From: Escherichia phage vB_EcoP_PAS7
Sequence record: OQ921331.1
Strand: one strand, 5' to 3'
DNA: 42,514 nucleotides
The notes below the pieces were generated by a model. The model was not told the origin of the DNA. It searched no databases and saw only the letters and a program-made list of their open reading frames with translations. Numbering within the stretch: the stretch's first letter is position 1; every line of letters starts with the position of its first letter. Below are positions 1 to 7,371 of this stretch, in pieces. A program made the translations under genes and the position numbers.

Positions 1-600
1 ATGGCGGTAGTAAGAAAGCAGCGTAGAGTTGACGGTAAGAAGCAGAACTACTATTGGGATACTGAATTATGTATTGAGGTAGCAGCTCCTGTAAGGAAAA
101 AGCACTATAGCATAGCTAATCCTATGCAAGGCTTGATAGGTTACGCTGTGATGCACGATAGCGAGCTTAAACAAGGTATAACAGACGCGTTTGCTAACTT
201 TAACGGTAGTCAGATGCGTAACGGTTTAACTGGTATCAGTATACCTAAGTTGATTGAGTTAGCAGATACACAACCAGAGCTATATAGTACTGAGCATCCA
301 GAGAGTACTAACCATGCTGCGTATGATGCAGCGCTTACTATGCTTCTAGTATTAGTGCGTGAACGTATCCCTGAATGGGAAGAGGCGTACAGATATGATA
401 TGCATAATAGTGGGTTAAATATCGTTGATTTAATGTGTGAACAAGGCTATGACACTGATAACTATACCGGTGCTATAGCTAATAGTCTTAATCAGGTTTG
501 GAGTGAAGGTAAGCTCTTAGTAGGCACTGAGGCTAACAAGCATTGGCTTAAATCTCAGGGATTTTCTAAACTGCGTTCCCAGCGTAATAGATACATTTGA
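1..600 (+). CDS. hypothetical early protein, possibly 5'-truncated by the window edge; weak DEDD-exonuclease-like motifs
   Basis: ORF track, 199 aa. Contains WDTE and NHAAYDAALTMLL, resembling Exo I (DxE) and Exo III (HxAxxD) motifs of DnaQ-like exonucleases. Motif-level only. Confidence 0.35.
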   Translation: MAVVRKQRRVDGKKQNYYWDTELCIEVAAPVRKKHYSIANPMQGLIGYAVMHDSELKQGITDAFANFNGSQMRNGLTGISIPKLIELADTQPELYSTEHPESTNHAAYDAALTMLLVLVRERIPEWEEAYRYDMHNSGLNIVDLMCEQGYDTDNYTGAIANSLNQVWSEGKLLVGTEANKHWLKSQGFSKLRSQRNRYI

Positions 601-614
601 CTAGTGAGGACATT

Positions 615-791
615 ATGGATAAAGCTAATTGGCAAGGTTATAAAACTCATGCAGATATGTTTGAGTTTCACAATAGAATTAACAACTACGCTTATCAGAG
701 ACTTAAAGCAGAGCAGGAGCTAGCAGAGCTTAGGCTACTAGCTTATAAGGAAGGGAAGGTATTCAACAATGAAGATTGGAAGAGATTTTAA
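615..791 (+). CDS. hypothetical early protein
   Basis: ORF track 597..791 begins at TTG; the in-frame ATG at 615 has a GTGAGGA RBS about 6 nt upstream. Confidence 0.4.
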   Translation: MDKANWQGYKTHADMFEFHNRINNYAYQRLKAEQELAELRLLAYKEGKVFNNEDWKRF

Positions 792-810
792 AGAAATTTG
801 AAAATAGTTG

Positions 811-839
811 TTGACTTACCTGTTTTGTAGAGGTATAGT
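811..839. promoter_or_regulatory. sigma70-like early promoter P1 (TTGACT-17-TATAGT)
   Basis: -35 TTGACT at 811-816, 17-nt spacer, -10 TATAGT at 834-839; same architecture as P2-P4. Confidence 0.6.
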
Positions 840-874
840 TACATCACACCACAACGAGGTAGGAAATAAAGAAG

Positions 875-1045
875 ATGAACATTCAGAGCATGAACTTCCC
901 GGTAATTATTAAAGATGGTAAGTCAGTTATTACTTTTACTAGCAAGGAAGAAGGTACTTACGAAAGCGGTACAGCTTGCATGTCCAGCCTAGAAGATATG
1001 ATTGTGCGTGTACAGGTTGGTAAGGCTTCAATAGTAACCGAGTAA
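875..1045 (+). CDS. small hypothetical protein (56 aa)
   Basis: ATG at 875 downstream of P1, stop TAA at 1043-1045; below the ORF-track size cutoff, found by manual translation (MNIQSMNFPVIIKDGK...). Confidence 0.3.
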   Translation: MNIQSMNFPVIIKDGKSVITFTSKEEGTYESGTACMSSLEDMIVRVQVGKASIVTE

Positions 1046-1200
1046 CGGTAAGCGCAGGCACGGAGCAGAGCACTAGCCAGCAAGTTAGCGGGAACGATAA
1101 GCCGCTGCCCTCCTGAAGAATCGGGGTAGATAAATAGGTTCTGAGCGTAACGTAGCGTCCTCGGGTTATACAGAGGGAATTACATGAGAAGCTAAGAGAC
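1038..1200 (+). ncRNA. candidate structured RNA element, copy 1 of 3 (divergent copy)
   Basis: Shares ACCGAG, ACGATAAGC, GCCCTCCTGAAG and a hairpin (stem AGAATC 1117-1122 / GGTTCT 1137-1142, loop GGGGTAGATAAATA) with copies 2 and 3; the stem covaries between copies. Confidence 0.4.
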
Positions 1201-1272
1201 AAAGGCTTCGCTAAGATAAGTGCTCTTAGTTAAGCGTTGCATACCGCAGCGCAGACTTAAGAGGATTTAATT

Positions 1273-1374
1273 ATGGGACGTATATTTGGCACTACCTTTC
1301 TAATCGCCGCTACTATCTTTAACATTACACTGCCGTTTCTTGCTATCTATGGCTTAATCATGCTGTTCGCTTAA
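1273..1374 (+). CDS. small hydrophobic membrane peptide (33 aa)
   Basis: AAGAGGA RBS then ATG at 1273; translation MGRIFGTTFLIAATIFNITLPFLAIYGLIMLFA is a single predicted TM helix. Confidence 0.35.
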   Translation: MGRIFGTTFLIAATIFNITLPFLAIYGLIMLFA

Positions 1375-1384
1375 GGAGATTACT

Positions 1385-1624
1385 ATGACTAACTTCAAAA
1401 CTATGATTGCTGGTATCTTGGCAGCTGCTGCTGTTACCTTCTCTATTAAGGATGCTCAGGCTGTTCCTAACAGCATTGAACTCTGCAACTGGGGCAAATG
1501 GGCGTACGCTCAGAACATCACGCTACAGCAGCTAGTAGACACGTTAAACAGCGTTGAAGCTATGCCGATTGATGATAGAATGCAGGTAGTAGAGTGCTTT
1601 GTAGAGGAGATGTCTAAATCATGA
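1385..1624 (+). CDS. small secreted/periplasmic protein with N-terminal signal peptide
   Basis: AAGGAG RBS 7 nt upstream; N-terminus MTNFKTMIAGILAAAAVTFSIKDAQA resembles a Sec signal peptide with an AQA cleavage site. Confidence 0.5.
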   Translation: MTNFKTMIAGILAAAAVTFSIKDAQAVPNSIELCNWGKWAYAQNITLQQLVDTLNSVEAMPIDDRMQVVECFVEEMSKS

Positions 1625-1749
1625 ACGAATGGTATGAAGAGGCAATGCCGTGGCTTATCTGGGCCTTAGGCTTCCTGATTGTATATATGATTGCTAGTTA
1701 CGCTGACGACGCTAAGATTGATTCTAAAGAGGAAGATAAAGATGCTTGA
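1621..1749 (+). CDS. small membrane protein (42 aa)
   Basis: ATG at 1621 overlaps the upstream stop (ATGA); translation MNEWYEEAMPWLIWALGFLIVYMIASYADD... has one TM segment; stop TGA at 1747-1749. Confidence 0.3.
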   Translation: MNEWYEEAMPWLIWALGFLIVYMIASYADDAKIDSKEEDKDA

Positions 1750-1999
1750 TATTATTCCCAACAACAAAGCTGCTAATGACGATAGATTCCAAGAATGTGA
1801 TTTCGAGGAGTATCGTCAGTACGAGGCATTGAGTGTAACGAAGGGAATGGCTAAGCGCGTATGGTTACATAGATATTATGTAGGTAAGTTCGCACGTGAG
1901 GAGCACGTGCGAGTTTACAATACGCAAGAGGCTGCTAAGGCTCAGCAAGCGGTGCTAGGCGGTACTGTTACTGCCCTGCTTGAAACTGGCTTAATCTAA
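1742..1999 (+). CDS. hypothetical early protein
   Basis: ORF track 1691..1999; the in-frame ATG at 1742 has an AAAGAGGAAG RBS. Confidence 0.45.
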   Translation: MLDIIPNNKAANDDRFQECDFEEYRQYEALSVTKGMAKRVWLHRYYVGKFAREEHVRVYNTQEAAKAQQAVLGGTVTALLETGLI

Positions 2000-2014
2000 T
2001 TCAGGGCGCGCATT

Positions 2015-2770
2015 ATGTTTGATTTAACTACTACGAACACAGAACAGACCATGTCTAGTCTGGACTTCTTGAATAACATTATTAATCCGGCGCGTGTAGC
2101 AGCAGGGGAGAGGGAGGTTAGAAATAGGGATTTTATCAAACGCGTAGAAGACGAGTTGGACGATTTAACGGCGGGCGAAACTTTCGTTCGCTTCGGTAAT
2201 ACAGTAACTTATTACAATCTAACCTTAGAGCAGATGACTCTAATAGGTATGCGTGAATCTAAAGCTGTGCGTCGCTCAGTGTTAGAAACTCTGAAGAAGC
2301 TGCAACGTAAGGAGACTGACGAAGAGATTATGATGCGCGGATATATGCTGACTGTTAAGAAGTACGAGCAGTTGCAGCAAACGCTTATCATGAAGGACGC
2401 GGTCATTGAAGTACAAGAAGAGCAAATTCATAATCTACAGAACCTGTTTAATGAAGGTATGACTCCTTCGGCATTCGTTAAGCAACTGAATGGCTGTAAT
2501 GCTAATGCTGTGTCGTCCTATCTAGAGCAGCTAGGTTGGATTTATTCTCGTGAACGTAAAGGAGGTAAGGATTGGTTTGCTTATGCAAGCTCACGTGATA
2601 AATATCTGCGTCAATCAAGTTACTGCCCTAACCCTGCTTATCCTAACGTGCGTATTCATACGGTACAGTTAACTAAGCAAGGCGCTGTTAAGCTCTATGA
2701 GATGTACTTAGACAGTAAACTTCCTATGCGTAAAGTATGGGATGGTAAATTCACCCACGACGTACTGTAA
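2015..2770 (+). CDS. putative Rha/KilAC-type antirepressor-like regulatory protein
   Basis: 251 aa; the C-terminal stretch FVKQLNGCNANAVSSYLEQLGWIYSRERKGGKDWFAYAS resembles the KilA-C/ORF6C pattern and the N-terminus resembles Rha-like domains. Recalled-pattern match only. Confidence 0.3.
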   Translation: MFDLTTTNTEQTMSSLDFLNNIINPARVAAGEREVRNRDFIKRVEDELDDLTAGETFVRFGNTVTYYNLTLEQMTLIGMRESKAVRRSVLETLKKLQRKETDEEIMMRGYMLTVKKYEQLQQTLIMKDAVIEVQEEQIHNLQNLFNEGMTPSAFVKQLNGCNANAVSSYLEQLGWIYSRERKGGKDWFAYASSRDKYLRQSSYCPNPAYPNVRIHTVQLTKQGAVKLYEMYLDSKLPMRKVWDGKFTHDVL

Positions 2771-2780
2771 GGAGGTTGAG

Positions 2781-2948
2781 ATGCACAATATTTCTAACCC
2801 TGAAGAAATGAAGGATCTGGCACGTCACCTTCTCGAAGCGCTGGATTATAGTACGGCTACTTCTGATGATGGTATGGTATGGTTAGAGAACTTTGAAGTA
2901 GGTATCTTGAGGGACTACATTGAGTATTTAGAAAATAAATTAAAATAA
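2781..2948 (+). CDS. hypothetical small acidic protein
   Basis: ORF track 2742..2948; ATG at 2781 is preceded by an AAGGAGG RBS. Confidence 0.45.
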   Translation: MHNISNPEEMKDLARHLLEALDYSTATSDDGMVWLENFEVGILRDYIEYLENKLK

Positions 2949-2951
2949 GTG

Positions 2952-2980
2952 TTGACGGTATGAGATGAGCAGCGTATAGT
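2952..2980. promoter_or_regulatory. sigma70-like early promoter P2 (TTGACG-17-TATAGT)
   Basis: -35 at 2952-2957, 17-nt spacer, -10 TATAGT at 2975-2980. Confidence 0.6.
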
Positions 2981-2986
2981 TAATCT

Positions 2987-3110
2987 CATCAAGACGTTAC
3001 CGAGAAACGATAAGTCGGCGCCCTTCTGAATCTTCTGGGTGGATAAAACGAAGATGAGCGGTTCCTCCCGTCCACGGATAATTCAGTGGGTCTGAGATGA
3101 AAGTAGTTTT
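2987..3110 (+). ncRNA. candidate structured RNA element, copy 2 of 3
   Basis: Starts at the predicted P2 transcription start. Hairpin stem ATCTTC 3030-3035 / GAAGAT 3050-3055 with loop TGGGTGGATAAAAC; downstream block CGGTTCCTCCCGTCCACGGATAATTCAGTG nearly identical to copy 3. Confidence 0.5.
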
Positions 3111-3158
3111 ACAAAGCCTTCTGCGGAGGGCTTCAATAAAACCACTAAGGAGATAAAG

Positions 3159-3485
3159 ATGAACGCTAAGGCTCAAGCACGTCGTTTCGGTATTTCTGTA
3201 GAAGCAGCTAAAGAGATGGAACGTAACCGTACTGAACTGGTGCAGCTTGCTCAGAAGCCGGAAGGTACTGAAGCACGTAAGGCGCTTAAGAAGTTAATGA
3301 CTCATACTTACAAAGCACAGTCCATTCCCAGCAATGACTTCTCTGATAAAGTATCTCAGCGCGGCAGTAAAGTAGCGGAGTATAAAGAACGCGGCGAACG
3401 CACTTGCCGTCCTAGCAGTAAGACGGATATTAAAGTTAATAGTTACTTTGCATCTAAATCACGTACTCCTAAGGGGATTAAATAA
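3159..3485 (+). CDS. hypothetical early protein (basic)
   Basis: ORF track, 108 aa; AAGGAGATAAAG RBS. Confidence 0.5.
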   Translation: MNAKAQARRFGISVEAAKEMERNRTELVQLAQKPEGTEARKALKKLMTHTYKAQSIPSNDFSDKVSQRGSKVAEYKERGERTCRPSSKTDIKVNSYFASKSRTPKGIK

Positions 3486-3589
3486 TGGACCTTAATACGG
3501 CTTGGCAGATGGTAATGTGGCCTGTATGCGTCGTAATAGCAATCATCCTGATAATCGCGACTGAAGTAGAGAAGAGGAACAAGAAATGA
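3485..3589 (+). CDS. small membrane peptide (34 aa)
   Basis: ATG overlaps the upstream stop (TAATG); MDLNTAWQMVMWPVCVVIAIILIIATEVEKRNKK has one TM segment; stop TGA at 3587-3589. Confidence 0.3.
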   Translation: MDLNTAWQMVMWPVCVVIAIILIIATEVEKRNKK

Positions 3590-3759
3590 TTCAAGAGGAT
3601 GATTTTGATACTTGGTATAACATTCACGTAAGGCACCGTGCTCGTGAGGAAGCTACTAGGAGGAAACTAGCAGCGCTTAATCGCGGGCACTCTGAGAAGT
3701 ATGCTAAGAAGTTAGCTTCTGAAACTTACAACGAATACCTGACGAGGAACTTAAAATGA
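3586..3759 (+). CDS. small hypothetical protein (57 aa), paralog of 3756..3917
   Basis: ATGA overlap with neighbours; C-terminus KYAKKLASETYNEYLTRNLK parallels HAKKLAQGIYSEYLKRYTE in the next ORF. Confidence 0.35.
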   Translation: MIQEDDFDTWYNIHVRHRAREEATRRKLAALNRGHSEKYAKKLASETYNEYLTRNLK

Positions 3760-3917
3760 CTGAACGTGAGATGTGGTATGAAGAATATGTTAAAAAACTT
3801 GCCGCCCAAGCTGCCACTGCTGCTTATCTGGTAGAACTTAAGAAACACTCTGAAGCTCACGCTAAGAAATTAGCGCAGGGTATTTACAGCGAATACTTGA
3901 AGAGGTATACAGAATGA
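3756..3917 (+). CDS. small hypothetical protein (53 aa), paralog of 3586..3759
   Basis: ATGA-coupled; manual translation MTEREMWYEEYVKKLAAQAATAAYLVELKKHSEAHAKKLAQGIYSEYLKRYTE. Confidence 0.35.
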   Translation: MTEREMWYEEYVKKLAAQAATAAYLVELKKHSEAHAKKLAQGIYSEYLKRYTE

Positions 3918-4042
3918 CACAGCACCAGAAAGCACAGCAACTAGCTAAGAACTACTACACCTTCCTGATTAACAATGAATGTAACACCTGTTTCGCTTGG
4001 AATGCAGCTATGGCCCTTTTCAAACTGGAGATGCAGAAATGA
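3914..4042 (+). CDS. small hypothetical protein (42 aa)
   Basis: ATGA-coupled; MTQHQKAQQLAKNYYTFLINNECNTCFAWNAAMALFKLEMQK. Confidence 0.3.
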   Translation: MTQHQKAQQLAKNYYTFLINNECNTCFAWNAAMALFKLEMQK

Positions 4043-4215
4043 CTGACCTTAACCCTGAACTGATTGTAATGCGTAATGATGAAGTAACTGTACAGAACCT
4101 AGCTCGCGAGTACGATGCGCGGACTGAGCTGCATGAATACTACAAAGCTAAGGCTGACCGTGTAGGTCTAACATTAGAAGCTTATTGCAAACGCTTTGGC
4201 GTTAAACTTCACTAA
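4039..4215 (+). CDS. small hypothetical protein
   Basis: In frame with ORF track 3997..4215; ATG at 4039 overlaps the upstream stop. Confidence 0.4.
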   Translation: MTDLNPELIVMRNDEVTVQNLAREYDARTELHEYYKAKADRVGLTLEAYCKRFGVKLH

Positions 4216-4225
4216 AGAGACAGAT

Positions 4226-4555
4226 ATGTTGCCAGTAAACGAAGTAGTCGGGCAGTACTGGCGTATGCTTGAGACTCAAAGCAGCTTAGGCCGTAAGACA
4301 TTGCAAGATATACCGATAGAGCTGCGCAGGCTCTGCCCTTTGAAATGGTGTACTGATTGGCAGTATCGTGAAGGTATGCGCCTGCTGGTAGGTTATTACA
4401 GCTATGATAACGAGAGAGCTTCAGAAGTCCTTCAGCGCATAGATTTTAATGTAATAAGGGAGTTGCAGGAGAAAGGGTATGAAGGTGCTAAGCAAGCGTT
4501 TAAGGATGCTTGCTTAGACTATTATGAATGGCAAGTATCGTACAGAGGTATCTAA
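4226..4555 (+). CDS. hypothetical early protein
   Basis: ORF track 4196..4555; in-frame ATG at 4226 with an AAAGAGACAG RBS. Confidence 0.45.
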   Translation: MLPVNEVVGQYWRMLETQSSLGRKTLQDIPIELRRLCPLKWCTDWQYREGMRLLVGYYSYDNERASEVLQRIDFNVIRELQEKGYEGAKQAFKDACLDYYEWQVSYRGI

Positions 4556-4706
4556 TGAACTTCGTAGAACATAATTTAAAGATTTCACCCATCAAGACAG
4601 GTTATAGCAGTATCTACAGACTAGACCAGAAGCATGGGCCTGAAGATAGTCCTAATGCTAGTACAGTATTCCTAACAGATGATAACATTAAGGAGTTAAT
4701 CAACTC

Positions 4707-5480
4707 ATGGCTGATGAACTCTGGCTCAGGACGGCAAAGCGCTTGGCTGTTGGACAAACTGAACGCTTTAGGTGCTGCGGAAGAACAGCAGCAGCCGTAA
4801 TAAGAAACGAGACTGATAAATGGTCCTGCTCCTGCTATCGTTGCAAGAGCTATCACGTAGAACGTAAGCAGTATGCGCAATTAGCAGCACCTGAAGTACT
4901 GGGGCGCGAGTTACCCGCCCCTCAGGACCTGAAGCGCCTGCCTGAACTGGATGCAGGGCTTCAGCAGTTCCTTTACGGATTCTTAATATCAAAAGGTATC
5001 TGGCCTGACATGGCTGGAGATGTTTATTACTCAGAACAATACAAGAGGTTAGTATGGAAATTATCAACGGTCAGTTACATAGCGCGAGCATTGCACGAGT
5101 ATCAGCAACCGAAATGGGTCGTAATGGGGAAGCCGATGCAGTATGCAGCCGCGACGAATACGACGGGTTCATTGATAGTATTGACGGAGGATTACCTTTC
5201 GGCTTTCAAAGTTCAGCAAGTCACGGAGAGGTATTCATCTCTACAAGTTACGGCGGTAGCGTTGCTTGGGACAAGATTACCGCTGACTCTGAAGGCTGGG
5301 CTTATTAAGTTAGGTAAGCCTGTAGTGTGTATGCTTGACGATGATAAAGCTGGCTGGGATGGTACAGTCAGTGTAATAAAACAGCTTAAACCTTTCCTGC
5401 CAGTCTATGATAGGCATTTAGATGTAGACCCTAAAGCCGCTCATTGCGGTAAGATACTTGGAGCATTTGATGGACTTTAA
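4707..5480 (+). CDS. DNA primase (zinc ribbon plus TOPRIM)
   Basis: AAGGAG RBS; N-terminal Cys cluster RCCGR...CSCYRC; TOPRIM-like CMLDDDKAGWDG. A separate primase and helicase is typical of phiKMV-like phages. Confidence 0.7.
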   Translation: MADELWLRTAKRLAVGQTERFRCCGRTAAAVIRNETDKWSCSCYRCKSYHVERKQYAQLAAPEVLGRELPAPQDLKRLPELDAGLQQFLYGFLISKGIWPDMAGDVYYSEQYKRLVWKLSTVSYIARALHEYQQPKWVVMGKPMQYAAATNTTGSLIVLTEDYLSAFKVQQVTERYSSLQVTAVALLGTRLPLTLKAGLIKLGKPVVCMLDDDKAGWDGTVSVIKQLKPFLPVYDRHLDVDPKAAHCGKILGAFDGL

Positions 5481-6744
5481 TTTACTACGCGCTTTCTGTG
5501 AACGTAAGGTAATGGATAGGTTGTACGAACAGACGCCTAAGTCCTTGCTAGCACCTGATACGGTAGCGATGATTGGTTGGCTGCAACTGTACTTCGCAAC
5601 TTATCCTGACTCTAACGAAGTTAACTTTGAGATGATGAATACGCTCTTGGATATGCGAGGGACACATCTTCAGAAAGAGCAGCTGGATATTATGAAGCAT
5701 ATGCTTAAGACTATTCAGAACGTCCCTACTGAGCTTGTAGCAGGTACAGTTAAGACACTGAATGAGCTAGCTTACTCTGGCGAGATGGCTGCACTAGTGA
5801 GCAAGTATCAGGCAGGTGATGAAATAGATTTCGTACAGGAAGCTAAAGCACTTGAGCGTAAGTACTCTGGTGTAGTAGCTGCTAATGATTCATTACTTAA
5901 ATGGGAAGATGGAGGTGTAGATGATATTCTCGCGGCTACTGATGAGTCTGGTGGTCTTAAGCTTACTGTGTTCAGTGAGTTGGCTAGAAACATTCGCGGC
6001 TTGCGGGGTGGTGATTGTGTCGCTGTGGCTGCTCCTGTTGACGCTGGTAAAACTTCTCTCCTTGCTGCTGCAGTAGTTAGCTTAGCTGAGCAGATGCATG
6101 AGCAGAAGGAGATTTACGCGGAGCGTCCTATACTGTGGCTGGTAAATGAATCATTAGCCAAGCGCACTGTTCCTCGTATCTATCAGGCAGCTACTGGGCT
6201 GACTCTTCAGCAGATTGTAGAGCAGCATAAAGAAGGTAAGTTCGCTGATAAGTATCTGAAGAAGGTTGGGACGTGGGATAAGATTCGCGTTAAGGATGCG
6301 CACAGTATGAATCTGGGGCAGATTTCAACCTTACTGGAGGAAATGAAACCTGCTGTTCTAGTAGTAGATATGGTGAGTGGTATCAAGGGCGCGAATGCTG
6401 ACTCAGAACATCAGGCACTGGAGCGTACTTGGCAGGAACTGCGCATCTTAGGCTGTGAGCATGACTGTATTATCATTGGTAGTATGCAGCTATCGGCAGA
6501 AGGTTACGATATGCTCTATCCCCCACTGACTGCTATGAAGCAATCACGCATCGGAGTACAGGGTGCATTAGACCTTTGTATTATGATGGGAAGATTGAAT
6601 GTGAATGATAAGCCGGACATGGCTAACATTCGCGGAATCTCTACCCCAAAATCAAAATTAACTAAGTCCGGCTGTCAGAGCTATGTTCAATTTCAGGTTG
6701 AATTTGACGGAGGACGTTGTCAGTTTAAGGAGGGTACATTATGA
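5470..6744 (+). CDS. replicative DNA helicase (DnaB/T7 gp4-like)
   Basis: Walker A AAPVDAGKTSLL and Walker B-like LVVDMV; ORF track start 5458 is TTG, the ATG at 5470 has a GGAG RBS. Confidence 0.7.
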   Translation: MDFNLLRAFCERKVMDRLYEQTPKSLLAPDTVAMIGWLQLYFATYPDSNEVNFEMMNTLLDMRGTHLQKEQLDIMKHMLKTIQNVPTELVAGTVKTLNELAYSGEMAALVSKYQAGDEIDFVQEAKALERKYSGVVAANDSLLKWEDGGVDDILAATDESGGLKLTVFSELARNIRGLRGGDCVAVAAPVDAGKTSLLAAAVVSLAEQMHEQKEIYAERPILWLVNESLAKRTVPRIYQAATGLTLQQIVEQHKEGKFADKYLKKVGTWDKIRVKDAHSMNLGQISTLLEEMKPAVLVVDMVSGIKGANADSEHQALERTWQELRILGCEHDCIIIGSMQLSAEGYDMLYPPLTAMKQSRIGVQGALDLCIMMGRLNVNDKPDMANIRGISTPKSKLTKSGCQSYVQFQVEFDGGRCQFKEGTL

Positions 6745-7166
6745 GCGAATGTATAGAACATAACCAGAAGGGCAACAAAGCTGGTTACGGCAATGGTTAC
6801 TGGAACGGTGAACAGGTTATGCTTCACCGCTTAGCCTATTGCTTTAACAAGCAAATACCTGTAAGTGAAATTAAAGGTAGTGTAGTGATGCACACCTGTG
6901 ATAACCCTCGCTGCATTAACCCAACGCACTTACGCTTGGGTACTCAGGATGAAAACATGAAAGATATGCAAGGCAAGGGAAGGATGAGCCAGGGCAGTAA
7001 GCATTACATATCTAAACTTACTGAGGAGGATGTTAAGTACATACGTGAGAATTATATACCACGGCATCCAAAGTTTGGAGGTAAGGCGCTTGCTGCTAAG
7101 TTTGGTATAAATCCGGCATCCCTGTGTCAAATACGAAAAGGCCTACGCTGGAAATCCGTAAGCTAA
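6741..7166 (+). CDS. HNH endonuclease
   Basis: HNH-type motif HTCDNPRCINPTHLRLGTQDEN; AAGGAGGG RBS; sits between helicase and DNA polymerase. Confidence 0.65.
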   Translation: MSECIEHNQKGNKAGYGNGYWNGEQVMLHRLAYCFNKQIPVSEIKGSVVMHTCDNPRCINPTHLRLGTQDENMKDMQGKGRMSQGSKHYISKLTEEDVKYIRENYIPRHPKFGGKALAAKFGINPASLCQIRKGLRWKSVS

Positions 7167-7218
7167 TAGCTAAGCCGTCTTCTCAGGAGGGCGGCTTGTC
7201 GATTAACTGGGAGGAAGC

Positions 7219-7371
7219 ATGTTAAAGTCAGAAGACATTACAGAGCAGGACTACGAGGTTATCCGTGCGATAGCTAATAACCGTAAGCAGGTTAAACGCT
7301 ACACGCTGGATAGCAGTGAGATGATTGTACGAGCAGCACTTAACAGAGCACGGCGCGAGGGGTGGAAATGA
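7219..7371 (+). CDS. small hypothetical protein (50 aa)
   Basis: GGGAGGAAG RBS, ATG at 7219, stop TGA at 7369-7371 overlapping the DNA polymerase start. Confidence 0.35.
   Translation: MLKSEDITEQDYEVIRAIANNRKQVKRYTLDSSEMIVRAALNRARREGWK

Noticed and set aside
939-1202. 87-aa minus-strand ORF overlapping structured element copy 1
   Set aside because: It runs opposite to the uniform + strand gene orientation and has no RBS. The region is better explained by the conserved promoter-proximal element.
4555-4800. ORF (track 4528..4800) overlapping the primase start by about 94 nt
   Set aside because: The primase start at 4707 has a strong AAGGAG RBS. The overlapping ORF may be real with an earlier stop not evident, but the long overlap makes it doubtful, so it is not listed as a feature.
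5054-5308. 84-aa + strand ORF inside the primase gene in another frame
   Set aside because: It is fully embedded in the primase coding region, which has clear motifs in its own frame; alternate-frame artifact.
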